Below are positions 9,946-19,145 of a DNA stretch of 53,840 bases, piece by piece (position 1 is the stretch's first letter; each line of letters starts with the position of its first letter). The stretch covers positions 1 through 53,840 of the IMG/VR virus record IMGVR_UViG_3300019360_000004; one strand, given 5' to 3'. Source of the DNA: a virus. Lineage: Duplodnaviria > Caudoviricetes. The notes under the pieces are model-generated. The model saw only the letters and a list, made by a program, of their open reading frames with translations. It was not told the DNA's origin and did no database searches. The position numbers and the translations under genes were made by a program.

Positions 9946-10374
9946 GTGCTGTTTCCTAACCGACAATATACGTTGCTTGCGACGGGCACCATCAGTGCAG
10001 CACAGAGCAACCAGCTTTCCCCTGTTGCGTATGATCTAGCTGGCATGATTGTGCTTATCTGTCAGGCCGGATTTCTGTATGGCTCAGGAGGTACGTCAGT
10101 CGATGCCTATGTCCAGACGTCGTTTGACGGCGGGACAACCTGGGTGGATATCATGGAGTTTAGCTTTACGACTAGCGCTGCAACGCGCTTGCATAGTGTG
10201 CGCGTTTATACTGCCGTTGCGGCGAACTATACGCCTACCGATGGGACGCTGACGGCCAATACGATTAAGGATGGCCTGCTCGGAGCGGCCCTGCGGGCAA
10301 AGTGGAGCAGCGTAGGAACGTATGCTGGTGCCACAAGTTTGACGATAGCGGCCGTCGTGAAAGGGCTCCGATGA
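9946..10374 (+). CDS. Putative virion structural protein
   Basis: AGGAGG RBS; QTSFDGGTTW Asp-box-like motif. Confidence 0.55.
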   Translation: MLFPNRQYTLLATGTISAAQSNQLSPVAYDLAGMIVLICQAGFLYGSGGTSVDAYVQTSFDGGTTWVDIMEFSFTTSAATRLHSVRVYTAVAANYTPTDGTLTANTIKDGLLGAALRAKWSSVGTYAGATSLTIAAVVKGLR

Positions 10375-10793
10375 CCTGGACGTATAGCGGCAATCCCAGT
10401 GCTTCGACGCTCGATCAGGTGCGGTATCTGTGTCAGGACACAGATAGCACCGAGCAGCTCTTGCAGGATGCCGAGGTGACGTTTGAAATTGCGCAAAATC
10501 CCAACCCTTATCTGGCAGCAGCGGCCTGTGCGGAACGACTTAGTCTTAAGTTTGGTCGAGACGTGACCTTCCGCGTTGGGGATACCCAGGTAAACTATGG
10601 GGAGCGTGCGCGGGAGTATCGCCTACTAGCTACGCAATTGCGTCAACGGTATGCACTTCGCAGTGCGATGCCGTATGCTGGCGGGTTGAGTATCAGCGAA
10701 AAACAGACGATCTTAGCAGATACTGATCGGGTGGAACCTGCGTTTCATCGACAAGAGCCGGATGATACACCCGTCTGGGGGAACAGCGAGTGA
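10371..10793 (+). CDS. Head-tail adaptor
   Basis: MTWTYSGNP...VRYLCQDTD...LLQDAEV pattern. Confidence 0.75.
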   Translation: MTWTYSGNPSASTLDQVRYLCQDTDSTEQLLQDAEVTFEIAQNPNPYLAAAACAERLSLKFGRDVTFRVGDTQVNYGERAREYRLLATQLRQRYALRSAMPYAGGLSISEKQTILADTDRVEPAFHRQEPDDTPVWGNSE

Positions 10794-10832
10794 TGGCAAC
10801 CGGCGACGAGTGAGCTTGAGGAGTGGCGAGTA

Positions 10833-11180
10833 ATGGCTCTCTCACAGGCCATGTTGACGCGTATGGCCCGAACGGTCATGCGGGCGGAAGGCAGCCTTGT
10901 TGAAGTGGTGACCTATGTGTGGCGTAGTACGCCTGATGCCATGCCAGTCCAATATCCTGACCTTCGAGCCCTCATCACGGGGTATCAATATTGGCAGATT
11001 GATACCATGATTATTCAGCGTGAGGACCGACGCTTACGACTTCCAACTGCTGATGTGCTCTGGGTTCCAACTCCACTAGATACTGTTCTCCGCGCTGATA
11101 ATTCGTTGTGGCAGGTATTGACGGTTTCAGGGGGGCTGGCTGAGCCGTTTACGTTTTTCCAACTGCGACATATTGGGTGA
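10833..11180 (+). CDS. Head closure/stopper protein
   Basis: Size and synteny. Confidence 0.55.
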   Translation: MALSQAMLTRMARTVMRAEGSLVEVVTYVWRSTPDAMPVQYPDLRALITGYQYWQIDTMIIQREDRRLRLPTADVLWVPTPLDTVLRADNSLWQVLTVSGGLAEPFTFFQLRHIG

Positions 11181-11198
11181 GACATTGAAGAGGTCTGA

Positions 11199-11465
11199 AT
11201 GATTCGTCGTGTACTATATTTGGCGGTGTTTCCTGTCTGTATGGGTGTGATAGTCGGATTTTTCGTATTTAGATTTCTTGGTTTTTGTATAACGCAGACA
11301 TCTATCCCTTCACCAATTTATAAGCAACATCTAGCTACTGATCATGACCATCGAACGGATGATGATTGTATGACTAAAGTCCAGAAAGAACAAATTCGTG
11401 CATGCTATGAGGCACAAATTAAAAAGTTTCAAAAACAATTGGCTGAGATACAAGGAAAGAAATAG
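11199..11465 (+). CDS. AT-rich membrane-anchored hypothetical protein
   Basis: N-terminal hydrophobic helix; AT-rich. Confidence 0.5.
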   Translation: MIRRVLYLAVFPVCMGVIVGFFVFRFLGFCITQTSIPSPIYKQHLATDHDHRTDDDCMTKVQKEQIRACYEAQIKKFQKQLAEIQGKK

Positions 11466-11472
11466 AATAGCT

Positions 11473-11982
11473 ATGATCCGATTGACACTTCAGACAGGCG
11501 ATACAGTACGTATATTCGCTATTCTTACCACGCATTTAGGCGATTTGAGTCCAGTTATGGCGCAAGCGCGGGATCTGTTGTTGCGCTCAGTGCGGGAGAA
11601 TTTCGCACAAGGCGGCCGGCCTTCCTGGCGACCCCGTCGGCCTCCGCGCCAGGGTACGCCCCTGGGAGGTGTGAGCAGTCGTCTGGTCAACAGTATTACG
11701 TCGACCACAACTCCCACGAGTGTCACGCTCACGAGCAGTCTCCCCTATAGCGCGATTCAACAGTATGGCGGGACGGTGCATCTGCCGGCCATGGTTGCCG
11801 CACCACATCGCGCCTTTCGTTTTGTCACCGCAGATAACACCGTGGTCTTTACGAAGCGCGTGCGAGCACACAGTGTCACGATCCCCGCGCGACCGTATCT
11901 GGTGGCCCAACCCGAAGATGAACGGGAATTAGTGCGATTGACTGAGCGCCATCTTGGCCAATCTGTCGAGACGGCGAGATAG
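11473..11982 (+). CDS. Virion morphogenesis / tail completion protein (Mu gpG-like)
   Basis: ENFAQGGRPSW, YSAIQQYGG and IPARPYL motifs. Confidence 0.85.
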   Translation: MIRLTLQTGDTVRIFAILTTHLGDLSPVMAQARDLLLRSVRENFAQGGRPSWRPRRPPRQGTPLGGVSSRLVNSITSTTTPTSVTLTSSLPYSAIQQYGGTVHLPAMVAAPHRAFRFVTADNTVVFTKRVRAHSVTIPARPYLVAQPEDERELVRLTERHLGQSVETAR

Positions 11983-12058
11983 CCTTGAGACAGGTGCAGC
12001 GCTCTGGGCTCAGAAGCTCTGGACTCCGAGGCTGTCTCGCTTCCTATACGGGGGAACC

Positions 12059-12406
12059 ATGCGTCATTTGTGGCATGAAATTCTGCGTATACGTTGGATG
12101 CTGATGATCGCGCTCATCATGATTGCGTTACGTAGCCAGCAATGGCTCCCCGACATGTCTCTGTGGGCACTCGTCGTTCATAAGCCTGCGCTGGCGGCGC
12201 TAGGGTTTATCGCGGCGCACATTGCCTACCAACAAGCGTTTCCCTATCTTGATCAGCGACAAATATATGAGCAGGCTTCCATTATACGCTATGGCCAAGC
12301 CACTGACCCAGCCGCTCATAGAGCAGCGTATCTTTTTGTGGGCCTCTGTGTCATGCGTGGACTGATCTATGCTTCTTTTGTGCTGGGGGTGAGCCTTGGT
12401 CTCTAA
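12059..12406 (+). CDS. Putative holin (Holin_2-3-like)
   Basis: Three hydrophobic segments; AFPY and C-terminal RGLIYASFVLGVSLGL; upstream of the endolysin. Confidence 0.7.
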   Translation: MRHLWHEILRIRWMLMIALIMIALRSQQWLPDMSLWALVVHKPALAALGFIAAHIAYQQAFPYLDQRQIYEQASIIRYGQATDPAAHRAAYLFVGLCVMRGLIYASFVLGVSLGL

Positions 12407-12905
12407 TAATTGCGATGAGTTGACGTTATTCTGCTCACAATATAAAACCTTGCGCCATTGCGAGACGGTGCGTAATTACCTCAATGCCTGCATAATTGAG
12501 CTGCTTCGTCGGGGTGAACAGCACGACCAGTCGAAATTGCAGGAACCGGAACTGTCAACCTATGCTACGGTGATGGGCAAATTGCAGAGGCTCACCTATG
12601 GCTCGCCAGAGCATCAGGCGAATCTTCAACAGCTTGGTTCGGCGTTGTTGCATCACTATGAGAGCAATCGACATCATCCAGAGCATTTCAAGCATGGTAT
12701 TCGTGAGATGACCCTGCTTGATCTCATAGAGATGCTGGTGGATTGGCAGAGCGCTACAATACCTCACAGTGATGGAAACATTCACAACAGTATTGCGATC
12801 AATCAGCAACGGTTTGGTTATGGTGATGAACTGGCACAAATTTTTCGTAATACCGCCGTCTGGCTCCTCCATCAAGACGTGTTCCACCATGCGGAGGAGT
12901 CCTAA
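12396..12905 (+). CDS. DUF5662-like HD-type protein
   Basis: HDQSK...HHYESNRHHPEHF...DLIEMLVDW. Confidence 0.75.
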   Translation: MVSNNCDELTLFCSQYKTLRHCETVRNYLNACIIELLRRGEQHDQSKLQEPELSTYATVMGKLQRLTYGSPEHQANLQQLGSALLHHYESNRHHPEHFKHGIREMTLLDLIEMLVDWQSATIPHSDGNIHNSIAINQQRFGYGDELAQIFRNTAVWLLHQDVFHHAEES

Positions 12906-12906
12906 A

Positions 12907-13554
12907 ATGGCCTTGTGTCTATGGCTCATCATGTATGCACTGTGGTGTGGTCTGCCTACCTGGGCGCTGGCGCAGCTCCCCGCCGGTATGCCTCCTGGCG
13001 TATTGCGCTACCGTGCCCAGGTGGTGCGCGAGGTGCACTTTACATGGGGGGTCCAGCAACCTGTCGCAGTCTTTTTTGCGCAATTGCATCAGGAATCGGC
13101 GTGGCATGCTGCGGCACGCTCACGCTATGCGAGCGGTCTAGCGCAGTTTACGCCGGGCACTGCTCGTGCCGCACAGACACGCTTTGCCACTTTGCAGACC
13201 CTTTGCGCTGATGCGGCAGGATGTCCCTTACAGCCGGCCTGGGCAATACGTGCCCTGGTGTTGTGGGATCGATTCCTCTATCAGCATCGCAACCTCGTGC
13301 AGCAAGCAGAAGAACGGTGGGGGTTTACCCTCGCTGACTATAATGGGGGACCTGGGTGGATTAATCGAGAAATCCTCTATTGTCGGCAGTTTGGAACTTG
13401 TGATCCAACACGGTATTTTGGGGAGGTGCAGTGGGCGTGTGGACGCTCTACGCCCGCCCGGGTACCATGGGCCTGTGCCGAGAACCGGCAATATCCTGCG
13501 CAGATTCTATATCGATGGCGGCCGTTATATACGCGGTGGTTAGCGAGTGGATAA
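12907..13554 (+). CDS. Endolysin, SLT lytic transglycosylase with N-terminal signal/anchor
   Basis: QLHQESAW, GLAQFTPGT, ADYNGG and ENRQY motifs. Confidence 0.9.
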   Translation: MALCLWLIMYALWCGLPTWALAQLPAGMPPGVLRYRAQVVREVHFTWGVQQPVAVFFAQLHQESAWHAAARSRYASGLAQFTPGTARAAQTRFATLQTLCADAAGCPLQPAWAIRALVLWDRFLYQHRNLVQQAEERWGFTLADYNGGPGWINREILYCRQFGTCDPTRYFGEVQWACGRSTPARVPWACAENRQYPAQILYRWRPLYTRWLASG

Positions 13555-13795
13555 CACAGGGAAAAGACAACTCATGATATGTCGTGTTGGTATATTGCTG
13601 GGGAGTCTGATGCTGCTGGGCTGTGCCTCTATTACTGCGCCGGAATTTATTCAGGCGTTAAATGCGGCACATGTCGCGCATTGTGTACAGATCAATGCCG
13701 CCTTCCCCCCCTATGGCAATGCTGCTATCTATGCTACAGCAGGTGAGTTGGATTGTCTTACGCTCTGGAAGGCGCGTATGCAATTAGGACAATGA
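13547..13795 (+). CDS. Lipoprotein, possible spanin component
   Basis: Hydrophobic stretch then lipobox LLGC; follows the endolysin. Confidence 0.6.
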   Translation: MDNTGKRQLMICRVGILLGSLMLLGCASITAPEFIQALNAAHVAHCVQINAAFPPYGNAAIYATAGELDCLTLWKARMQLGQ

Positions 13796-13800
13796 GTTCT

Positions 13801-13923
13801 ATGGCTGATGATGCCCATGATGATCTCGTGCGCTGGCGTGTGCGCGTGGAGGGACGGCTCGAACGTCTTAAAGAGTTAGTGGGGGACATACGAGAGACGT
13901 TACACGGGGTCCAACAAGTGTAA
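13801..13923 (+). pseudogene. Truncated paralog of the 14046-14279 gene
   Basis: MADDAHDDLVRWRVRVEGRLERL...RETLHGVQQV* vs MAETARDEMLRWRVRIEARLERV...RETLHTVQ. Confidence 0.65.
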
Positions 13924-14045
13924 CAAAACGGTGGCTCATAAGCGAATAATGCACAAACTTGTTGATCTCTCTTGCGGAGGAGAGGAAATACAAGATGGTC
14001 TTATTTCTTGATGAGGTTATCGGTCATGTAGACCGGAAAGGCACC

Positions 14046-14279
14046 ATGGCAGAAACCGCTCGGGATGAAATGCTCCGATGGCGTGTACGTATAGAAGCGC
14101 GTCTGGAACGTGTGGAGGAACTAGCGCGTGAGATGCGCGAAACGTTGCACACTGTGCAGCGAGAACAAAATGTTGGTGCGCAGTGGCAAAGTAAGATTGT
14201 TGGTATTGGTATTGCCAGCATGGTGATTGTTTCAGTTTTGTTTCAGTTGCTTACGTTATGGTTCAAAATAAATAAATGA
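14046..14279 (+). CDS. Coiled-coil plus C-terminal TM protein (XhlA/holin-accessory-like)
   Basis: Coiled coil followed by one TM helix. Confidence 0.55.
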   Translation: MAETARDEMLRWRVRIEARLERVEELAREMRETLHTVQREQNVGAQWQSKIVGIGIASMVIVSVLFQLLTLWFKINK

Positions 14280-14584
14280 ACGAATTACTCCAACTATGTT
14301 CAGACATATTCACCGGGGCGGGGATCGTCTTATATGGATTTCTCGTATGGGTATTTGGCAGTCAGCGGAATGGGCTATTTGCTTTTTTCGTCTGTTTTTT
14401 CATTATGTTTGTAGGTTTGGGGATTTTTGATTTTGTCTATCTTGGGGGCTGGCTGACTCTTTATCAACAGAGTCTCTTGCGTCGATTGTGGGGCCGGGGA
14501 CTTATGGTCCTCGGAGGGAGCCTTTTAGTCGCCAGTATTTGTGTGCAGCGACGAAGACAGAAACCATTGATTACTATGAAGTGA
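14276..14584 (+). CDS. Membrane protein (3 TM)
   Basis: Three hydrophobic helices and a basic C-terminus. Confidence 0.6.
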   Translation: MNELLQLCSDIFTGAGIVLYGFLVWVFGSQRNGLFAFFVCFFIMFVGLGIFDFVYLGGWLTLYQQSLLRRLWGRGLMVLGGSLLVASICVQRRRQKPLITMK

Positions 14585-14588
14585 GACG

Positions 14589-15125
14589 ATGGCAACAGGA
14601 ACGATTCTGCTGTGGCCCGGAGAAGTGACCCTGCCAGATGGTACATCAGGGAATGTCTTCGCCCAGGCGCAGATTTTCAAATCCACTGGCACGGCGCCAA
14701 CCAACGGGCCGGTGTTGTTTGGGACGGAACTGCTCTTTGATGGCACGACCGACGAGCATGTGTTTTTCGCCTTTGGCATGCCCCAGGACTATGCATCTGG
14801 TGGTACGTTGTACATCAACTGGAAGCGGGCCTCTGGTACTGGTGCCGCAGATGTGGTGTGGAAAGGGGCAGTAGCCGCAGTGACGCCGGGTGGGACGGAA
14901 GTTCCGAACACGAAAGCACTCAATACCGTGGCAACTACTACCACAAACGCAGGCACAACGAGTCAAGCTCTACAACAAACAACCATCACTCTCACGATGG
15001 ACAGTGCCGCGGCACGGGATAGCGTCTGGGTCATGTTGGGTCGTGATGCCGACAACGCCGCAGACACGCTGAATGTTGTGGATGCCCAGGTCACGAGTGT
15101 GTGGCTGGAGTATACGACTACGTAG
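14589..15125 (+). CDS. Putative virion structural protein
   Basis: Beta-rich; MPQDYASGGT...GRDADNAADT pattern. Confidence 0.6.
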   Translation: MATGTILLWPGEVTLPDGTSGNVFAQAQIFKSTGTAPTNGPVLFGTELLFDGTTDEHVFFAFGMPQDYASGGTLYINWKRASGTGAADVVWKGAVAAVTPGGTEVPNTKALNTVATTTTNAGTTSQALQQTTITLTMDSAAARDSVWVMLGRDADNAADTLNVVDAQVTSVWLEYTTT

Positions 15126-15332
15126 GAGACGCTGTGCAGACGTTTTATTTTCTGGGTTTTGTCCTTCTACGCAACGGGAGTTTACATACGCTACCACTGA
15201 CCATTCAAGCAACTGATATGATTCATGCTGAAGCGGCTGCGATGCAGCAATGCGAGGACGAGGCGCGAATCAAATACGGCAAGCGAGTCATGATGGTGAC
15301 TGTGCAGCAGGCGGTCTTTGTAGGAGAATAAC

Positions 15333-15561
15333 CATGGCGGATTATCTTTTTCAGTTCACCGTCTTACGCAGTGATGGATCAACATATGTTGCGACCATTG
15401 ACGTTACTAATAGCAAATCTTTGGCACAAGCAACTGTCGATGCGAATGACGCTATCAGCCGAAACGCAGACCGATATGGCGACGGGAAAAGCATTACAAG
15501 TCTCTCTGTTCTTCAAGCTACACGACCGACAATAGGAATAGTTGATGCCCCTGCTCTTTGA
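15333..15561 (+). CDS. Hypothetical protein
   Basis: AGGAG RBS and ATG (MADYLFQF). Confidence 0.45.
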
Positions 15562-16312
15562 TGGGATTGACGATAGAATCAATGCAGCAAATACGGGGAT
15601 TCCTGTAGCATATCCCATTACAGCCATGGCATTGGTTCGTCCAGGTAGTGTTAGTGTATACCAAAGTATTTTTCAGGTTGATAGGGCTCGTAGCGGAAAC
15701 GGCGAATGGCATCTAGAGATTACTGATACGGGAAAAGTAGAATGGGGTGCGAATAATAGTGGAACTCTATCTGTAACTGGTTCAATAAGTGCGAATCAGT
15801 GGCAGTTGATAGGTGTTGCAAACGCCTCTGCGACGGCTCGACGGTTTTTTTCTTGGAATTATGAAACATTGACATTGGCTATTAACGAGAGTGACACTAC
15901 AAGTAGGCCTATATCCGGCAGTCTCGCGGATGATGTCAAGATTGGGACATTTGAATTGGCGGACGGAGTTTATGCTGATTTTTTCACTGGTCATATTAAT
16001 TGGATAGCTATCTGGAATGTTAATCTGGACCTGGATGGTATGATGGCGGTTCAGTATCTTGGCCCACTTGCCGTGCGCAGGCCAACACATTTTTGGCCGT
16101 TTTGGGAGAATACTGGCACTACGGTGCAAGACATTATTAACGGCAATACCGGCACCATGACCAACTTTCCCGCCTCGCCGTGGGAAGCCACCAGTCTACC
16201 GGGGCCGTGGTGGGCGCGTAGTCCACACCGAGTGATTCGGCGCCAGGCCGCCGTTCCTCCTCCGGCTGGCTTACCAACAGGTCAGATGATGCGTACAGGC
16301 GTAGGAAGATAA
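15542..16312 (+). CDS. LamG/concanavalin A-like domain virion protein
   Basis: FDGIDDRI, FFTGHINWIAIWN and WPFWENTGTTVQD. Confidence 0.75.
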   Translation: MMPLLFDGIDDRINAANTGIPVAYPITAMALVRPGSVSVYQSIFQVDRARSGNGEWHLEITDTGKVEWGANNSGTLSVTGSISANQWQLIGVANASATARRFFSWNYETLTLAINESDTTSRPISGSLADDVKIGTFELADGVYADFFTGHINWIAIWNVNLDLDGMMAVQYLGPLAVRRPTHFWPFWENTGTTVQDIINGNTGTMTNFPASPWEATSLPGPWWARSPHRVIRRQAAVPPPAGLPTGQMMRTGVGR

Positions 16313-16333
16313 GGAGATAGGAGATAATGTCGT

Positions 16334-17869
16334 ATGGCTGACAACATTACCCTGAATTCTGGTGTTGGTGGTGCAACACTGGCGACCGACGATATTAGTG
16401 GTACACATTACCAACTGGTGAAAGTCGTTTTTGGTGCGCTTGATAGTGCCACACTTGTTTCGACATCCAACGCTATGCCAGTCGATCTGCGGACGAATAA
16501 CCTCTCTGGCAACCTAAACGTTAACATTGCTGCGTCTGCGGCCACGGTCACGGTCTCGGGAACGATTACCGCCAATGCTGGCACGGGGACATTCACAACC
16601 CAAGATACCGCGTCACTCGTGGATGATGCGGCTTTTTCTCCGGCCTCCTCACGGGTGCTCCCCGTGGGCTTTACGTTTGACGACGTAACCCCAGATTCTG
16701 TGAATGAAGGGGACATTGGGGCCGCTCGTATGTCAGCCAATCGCAATGTCTATGTCACGTTGCGTGATGCGGCCGGCAATGAGCGGGGCCTCAACGTCGA
16801 TGCGGCCGGGGCCATTGCCGTGACCGATGGCGCAGGAAGTTTGACCGTTGATAATACGACACTCTCTGTAACAGGCGGCGGGGTAGAGGGGACCGCGCTG
16901 CGTGTGACCATCGCGAACGATTCGACTGGTGTACTGAGCGTAGATGATAATGGCGGATCACTGACTGTGGATGGCACTATTACTGCGAATGCGGGCACCG
17001 GCACCTTTACAACACAGAGTACCGCCTCGATTGTTGATGATGCTGCATTTACCCCTGGCACAGATCGCATTTTAATGATGGGTGCCACCGCAGATGAAAC
17101 AGCACCAGATAGTGTGAATGAGGGTGATGGTGGTGCATTGCGGATGTCATTAAACCGTAACCTCTACACGGTCCTTCGTGACGCCGCAGGCAATGAGCGT
17201 GGAGCCAATATTAATGCGAGCAACCAACTCAGTGTGAGCGTTGATAATACCGCCACTGTGAACATTAATTCCATGCCTAACGAAGGCCAGCAGACGATGG
17301 CCAACAGTATCAGTGTAGCTATCTCGTCTGATCAGAGTAACGTACCGGTATCGCAAGCTACAGCGAGTTCGCTCAATGCCCAGGTAGTCGGCAATATAGC
17401 CCATGACGGTGTTGATTCTGGGAATCCCGTCAAGATCGGTGGGATTGCAAGGACGACAAATCCAACCGCTGTCGCCGCGGGCGACCGGGCGGATTTATTT
17501 ATGGATGATCTTGGGAAGGCGATAGTCTATCCAATTGCTCCGCGGGATCGCATTGTGGCGGGCGGGAGAATTTCGCTCACCTCTACGACAGAAACGACCT
17601 TGATAGCCGCCGGCGGTGCTGGGGTGTTCCGTGATCTGGTCATGCTCATGATGTCCAATGAGGCCGCGACGGAAGTCCGCGTGGATTTCCGCGATGCAAC
17701 AGCAGGCACGGTGCTGTTTTCAATCGATCTTGCTCCTGATGGAGGCGGTGCGATTGTGCCATTTCGGGTGCCATGGCCCCAAGCAACAGCCAACGGGAAC
17801 TGGACTGCACAGCTTTCAGCTGCTGTGAGCACGGTGTACATCACGGCCTTGGCGGTGGAGAATAATTAA
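16334..17869 (+). CDS. Fibre/decoration-like structural protein with an internal duplication
   Basis: 511 aa; ~85-aa segment GTITANAGTGTFTTQ...RDAAGNERG occurs twice. Confidence 0.7.
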   Translation: MADNITLNSGVGGATLATDDISGTHYQLVKVVFGALDSATLVSTSNAMPVDLRTNNLSGNLNVNIAASAATVTVSGTITANAGTGTFTTQDTASLVDDAAFSPASSRVLPVGFTFDDVTPDSVNEGDIGAARMSANRNVYVTLRDAAGNERGLNVDAAGAIAVTDGAGSLTVDNTTLSVTGGGVEGTALRVTIANDSTGVLSVDDNGGSLTVDGTITANAGTGTFTTQSTASIVDDAAFTPGTDRILMMGATADETAPDSVNEGDGGALRMSLNRNLYTVLRDAAGNERGANINASNQLSVSVDNTATVNINSMPNEGQQTMANSISVAISSDQSNVPVSQATASSLNAQVVGNIAHDGVDSGNPVKIGGIARTTNPTAVAAGDRADLFMDDLGKAIVYPIAPRDRIVAGGRISLTSTTETTLIAAGGAGVFRDLVMLMMSNEAATEVRVDFRDATAGTVLFSIDLAPDGGGAIVPFRVPWPQATANGNWTAQLSAAVSTVYITALAVENN

Positions 17870-18048
17870 TGGCTGAAGAAATCACGATTCGTTCACGCAA
17901 TAAGGCAACAGTGCAGGCAGAACTGCGAGAGTTTATGCTCTCGCAGTGTGACGAGGATATTCGCGACCTTTTTACTATGCATTTTTACACACTGGAACCG
18001 CTACTGATACAACTCATTCGTGAGATCAAAGCATTACGAAAGGTATAA
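17869..18048 (+). CDS. Small hypothetical protein (below ORF-track cutoff)
   Basis: 59 aa, MAEEITIRSR...KALRKV; TAATG-coupled. Confidence 0.5.
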   Translation: MAEEITIRSRNKATVQAELREFMLSQCDEDIRDLFTMHFYTLEPLLIQLIREIKALRKV

Positions 18049-18049
18049 G

Positions 18050-18229
18050 ATGCAAATTAGCCATATGGATTTAAAAGTACTCTATGGTCTGCTTAATAAT
18101 CAACAGCAGGAAATTTGTGATCTCTCTGAGAAATTATTGCGGATGGAGCAAGAACTCTACAAACTCCGCCCATTGGCAGCTCAAAATGGAGAATATGACC
18201 ATGTCCATTCTTCTGCTCCAAAATCTTAA
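18050..18229 (+). CDS. Small coiled-coil protein
   Basis: ATG just after the previous stop. Confidence 0.45.
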   Translation: MQISHMDLKVLYGLLNNQQQEICDLSEKLLRMEQELYKLRPLAAQNGEYDHVHSSAPKS

Positions 18230-18358
18230 TATGGGCGGGACTGAAACCAGTCCGCCAGTTGGTCCTGGGGCTGATCGTGCACTGATGCTGGTTTCTGTTG
18301 GACGGTGTCTCATTGGAGCAATGCTGGGCGTTTTGTGTGCGGTCCTCGGGGGTGGCTA

Positions 18359-18865
18359 ATGCTGGGGTGGGTGCTGAATCTCGGCTTCGCTGGTTCGCCA
18401 GTACTCGCCGCCAATGCAACATTGGCGATTCTCGCTGCCGTTGTTGCCAAATTGGGAGCCATACCAGGCGTGCAGCGAGTCTATACCTACCGACCGGTGG
18501 CGACTGCGCCTGGGAGCATTCCCAGCGTGATGGGGCCATCGACGGCCGTCGACTATTGGACAGTACGTTTTCAGTCCAGTACGGCCACACGGGAGGTCGG
18601 CTATGTCGTAATTAAGCAACATATTATTCAATTTGAGCACTATTATTCAGTAGGGGTCCCAACAATCACAACACCCCTAGTCGATGCTCTTATTACCGCC
18701 GTCATCAATGCGTTTAGCCTGGTATTTTCCATCACGCCATATGCGGAAGTCACAGGACCGTTATCAGTAACCTCGTGGGCTCACGAGGTGTGGTTAGCAG
18801 ATGTCTTTTTGACCTATCGAACGGAATATCAATTGCCAGTGCAGGAGTATCTTGTTGTCCAGTGA
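18359..18865 (+). CDS. Putative tail terminator
   Basis: Size, synteny upstream of tail tube, AVVAKLGAIPGV helix. Confidence 0.55.
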   Translation: MLGWVLNLGFAGSPVLAANATLAILAAVVAKLGAIPGVQRVYTYRPVATAPGSIPSVMGPSTAVDYWTVRFQSSTATREVGYVVIKQHIIQFEHYYSVGVPTITTPLVDALITAVINAFSLVFSITPYAEVTGPLSVTSWAHEVWLADVFLTYRTEYQLPVQEYLVVQ

Positions 18866-19061
18866 GCCGGCGTCATATACTACAACGCATGTCACATCTA
18901 CTACTATAGGTCAAACTCGTTTGGAACTCATGCAAGATCTCATACAGGCGTGGGCGAAGGAAATGGGACAACATGAGGTGGGATGCTTAGAACTCCACTT
19001 TAGTGGACAGCAGGTCAAAGCCGTACTCAAAGTAAGTCTAGGGATGAAGAAAAACCCCTAA
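18852..19061 (+). CDS. Small hypothetical protein (DUF2292-like pattern)
   Basis: GCLELHFSGQQVKAV. Confidence 0.4.
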   Translation: MLSSEPASYTTTHVTSTTIGQTRLELMQDLIQAWAKEMGQHEVGCLELHFSGQQVKAVLKVSLGMKKNP

Positions 19062-19145
19062 TTGCTCGTCGCCTATCCGAATGAGGACGGTGCTCGATGC
19101 CCACTCGCATAGCGCTAGCGTTGCTAGCCGGGAAAGGTGACGATC

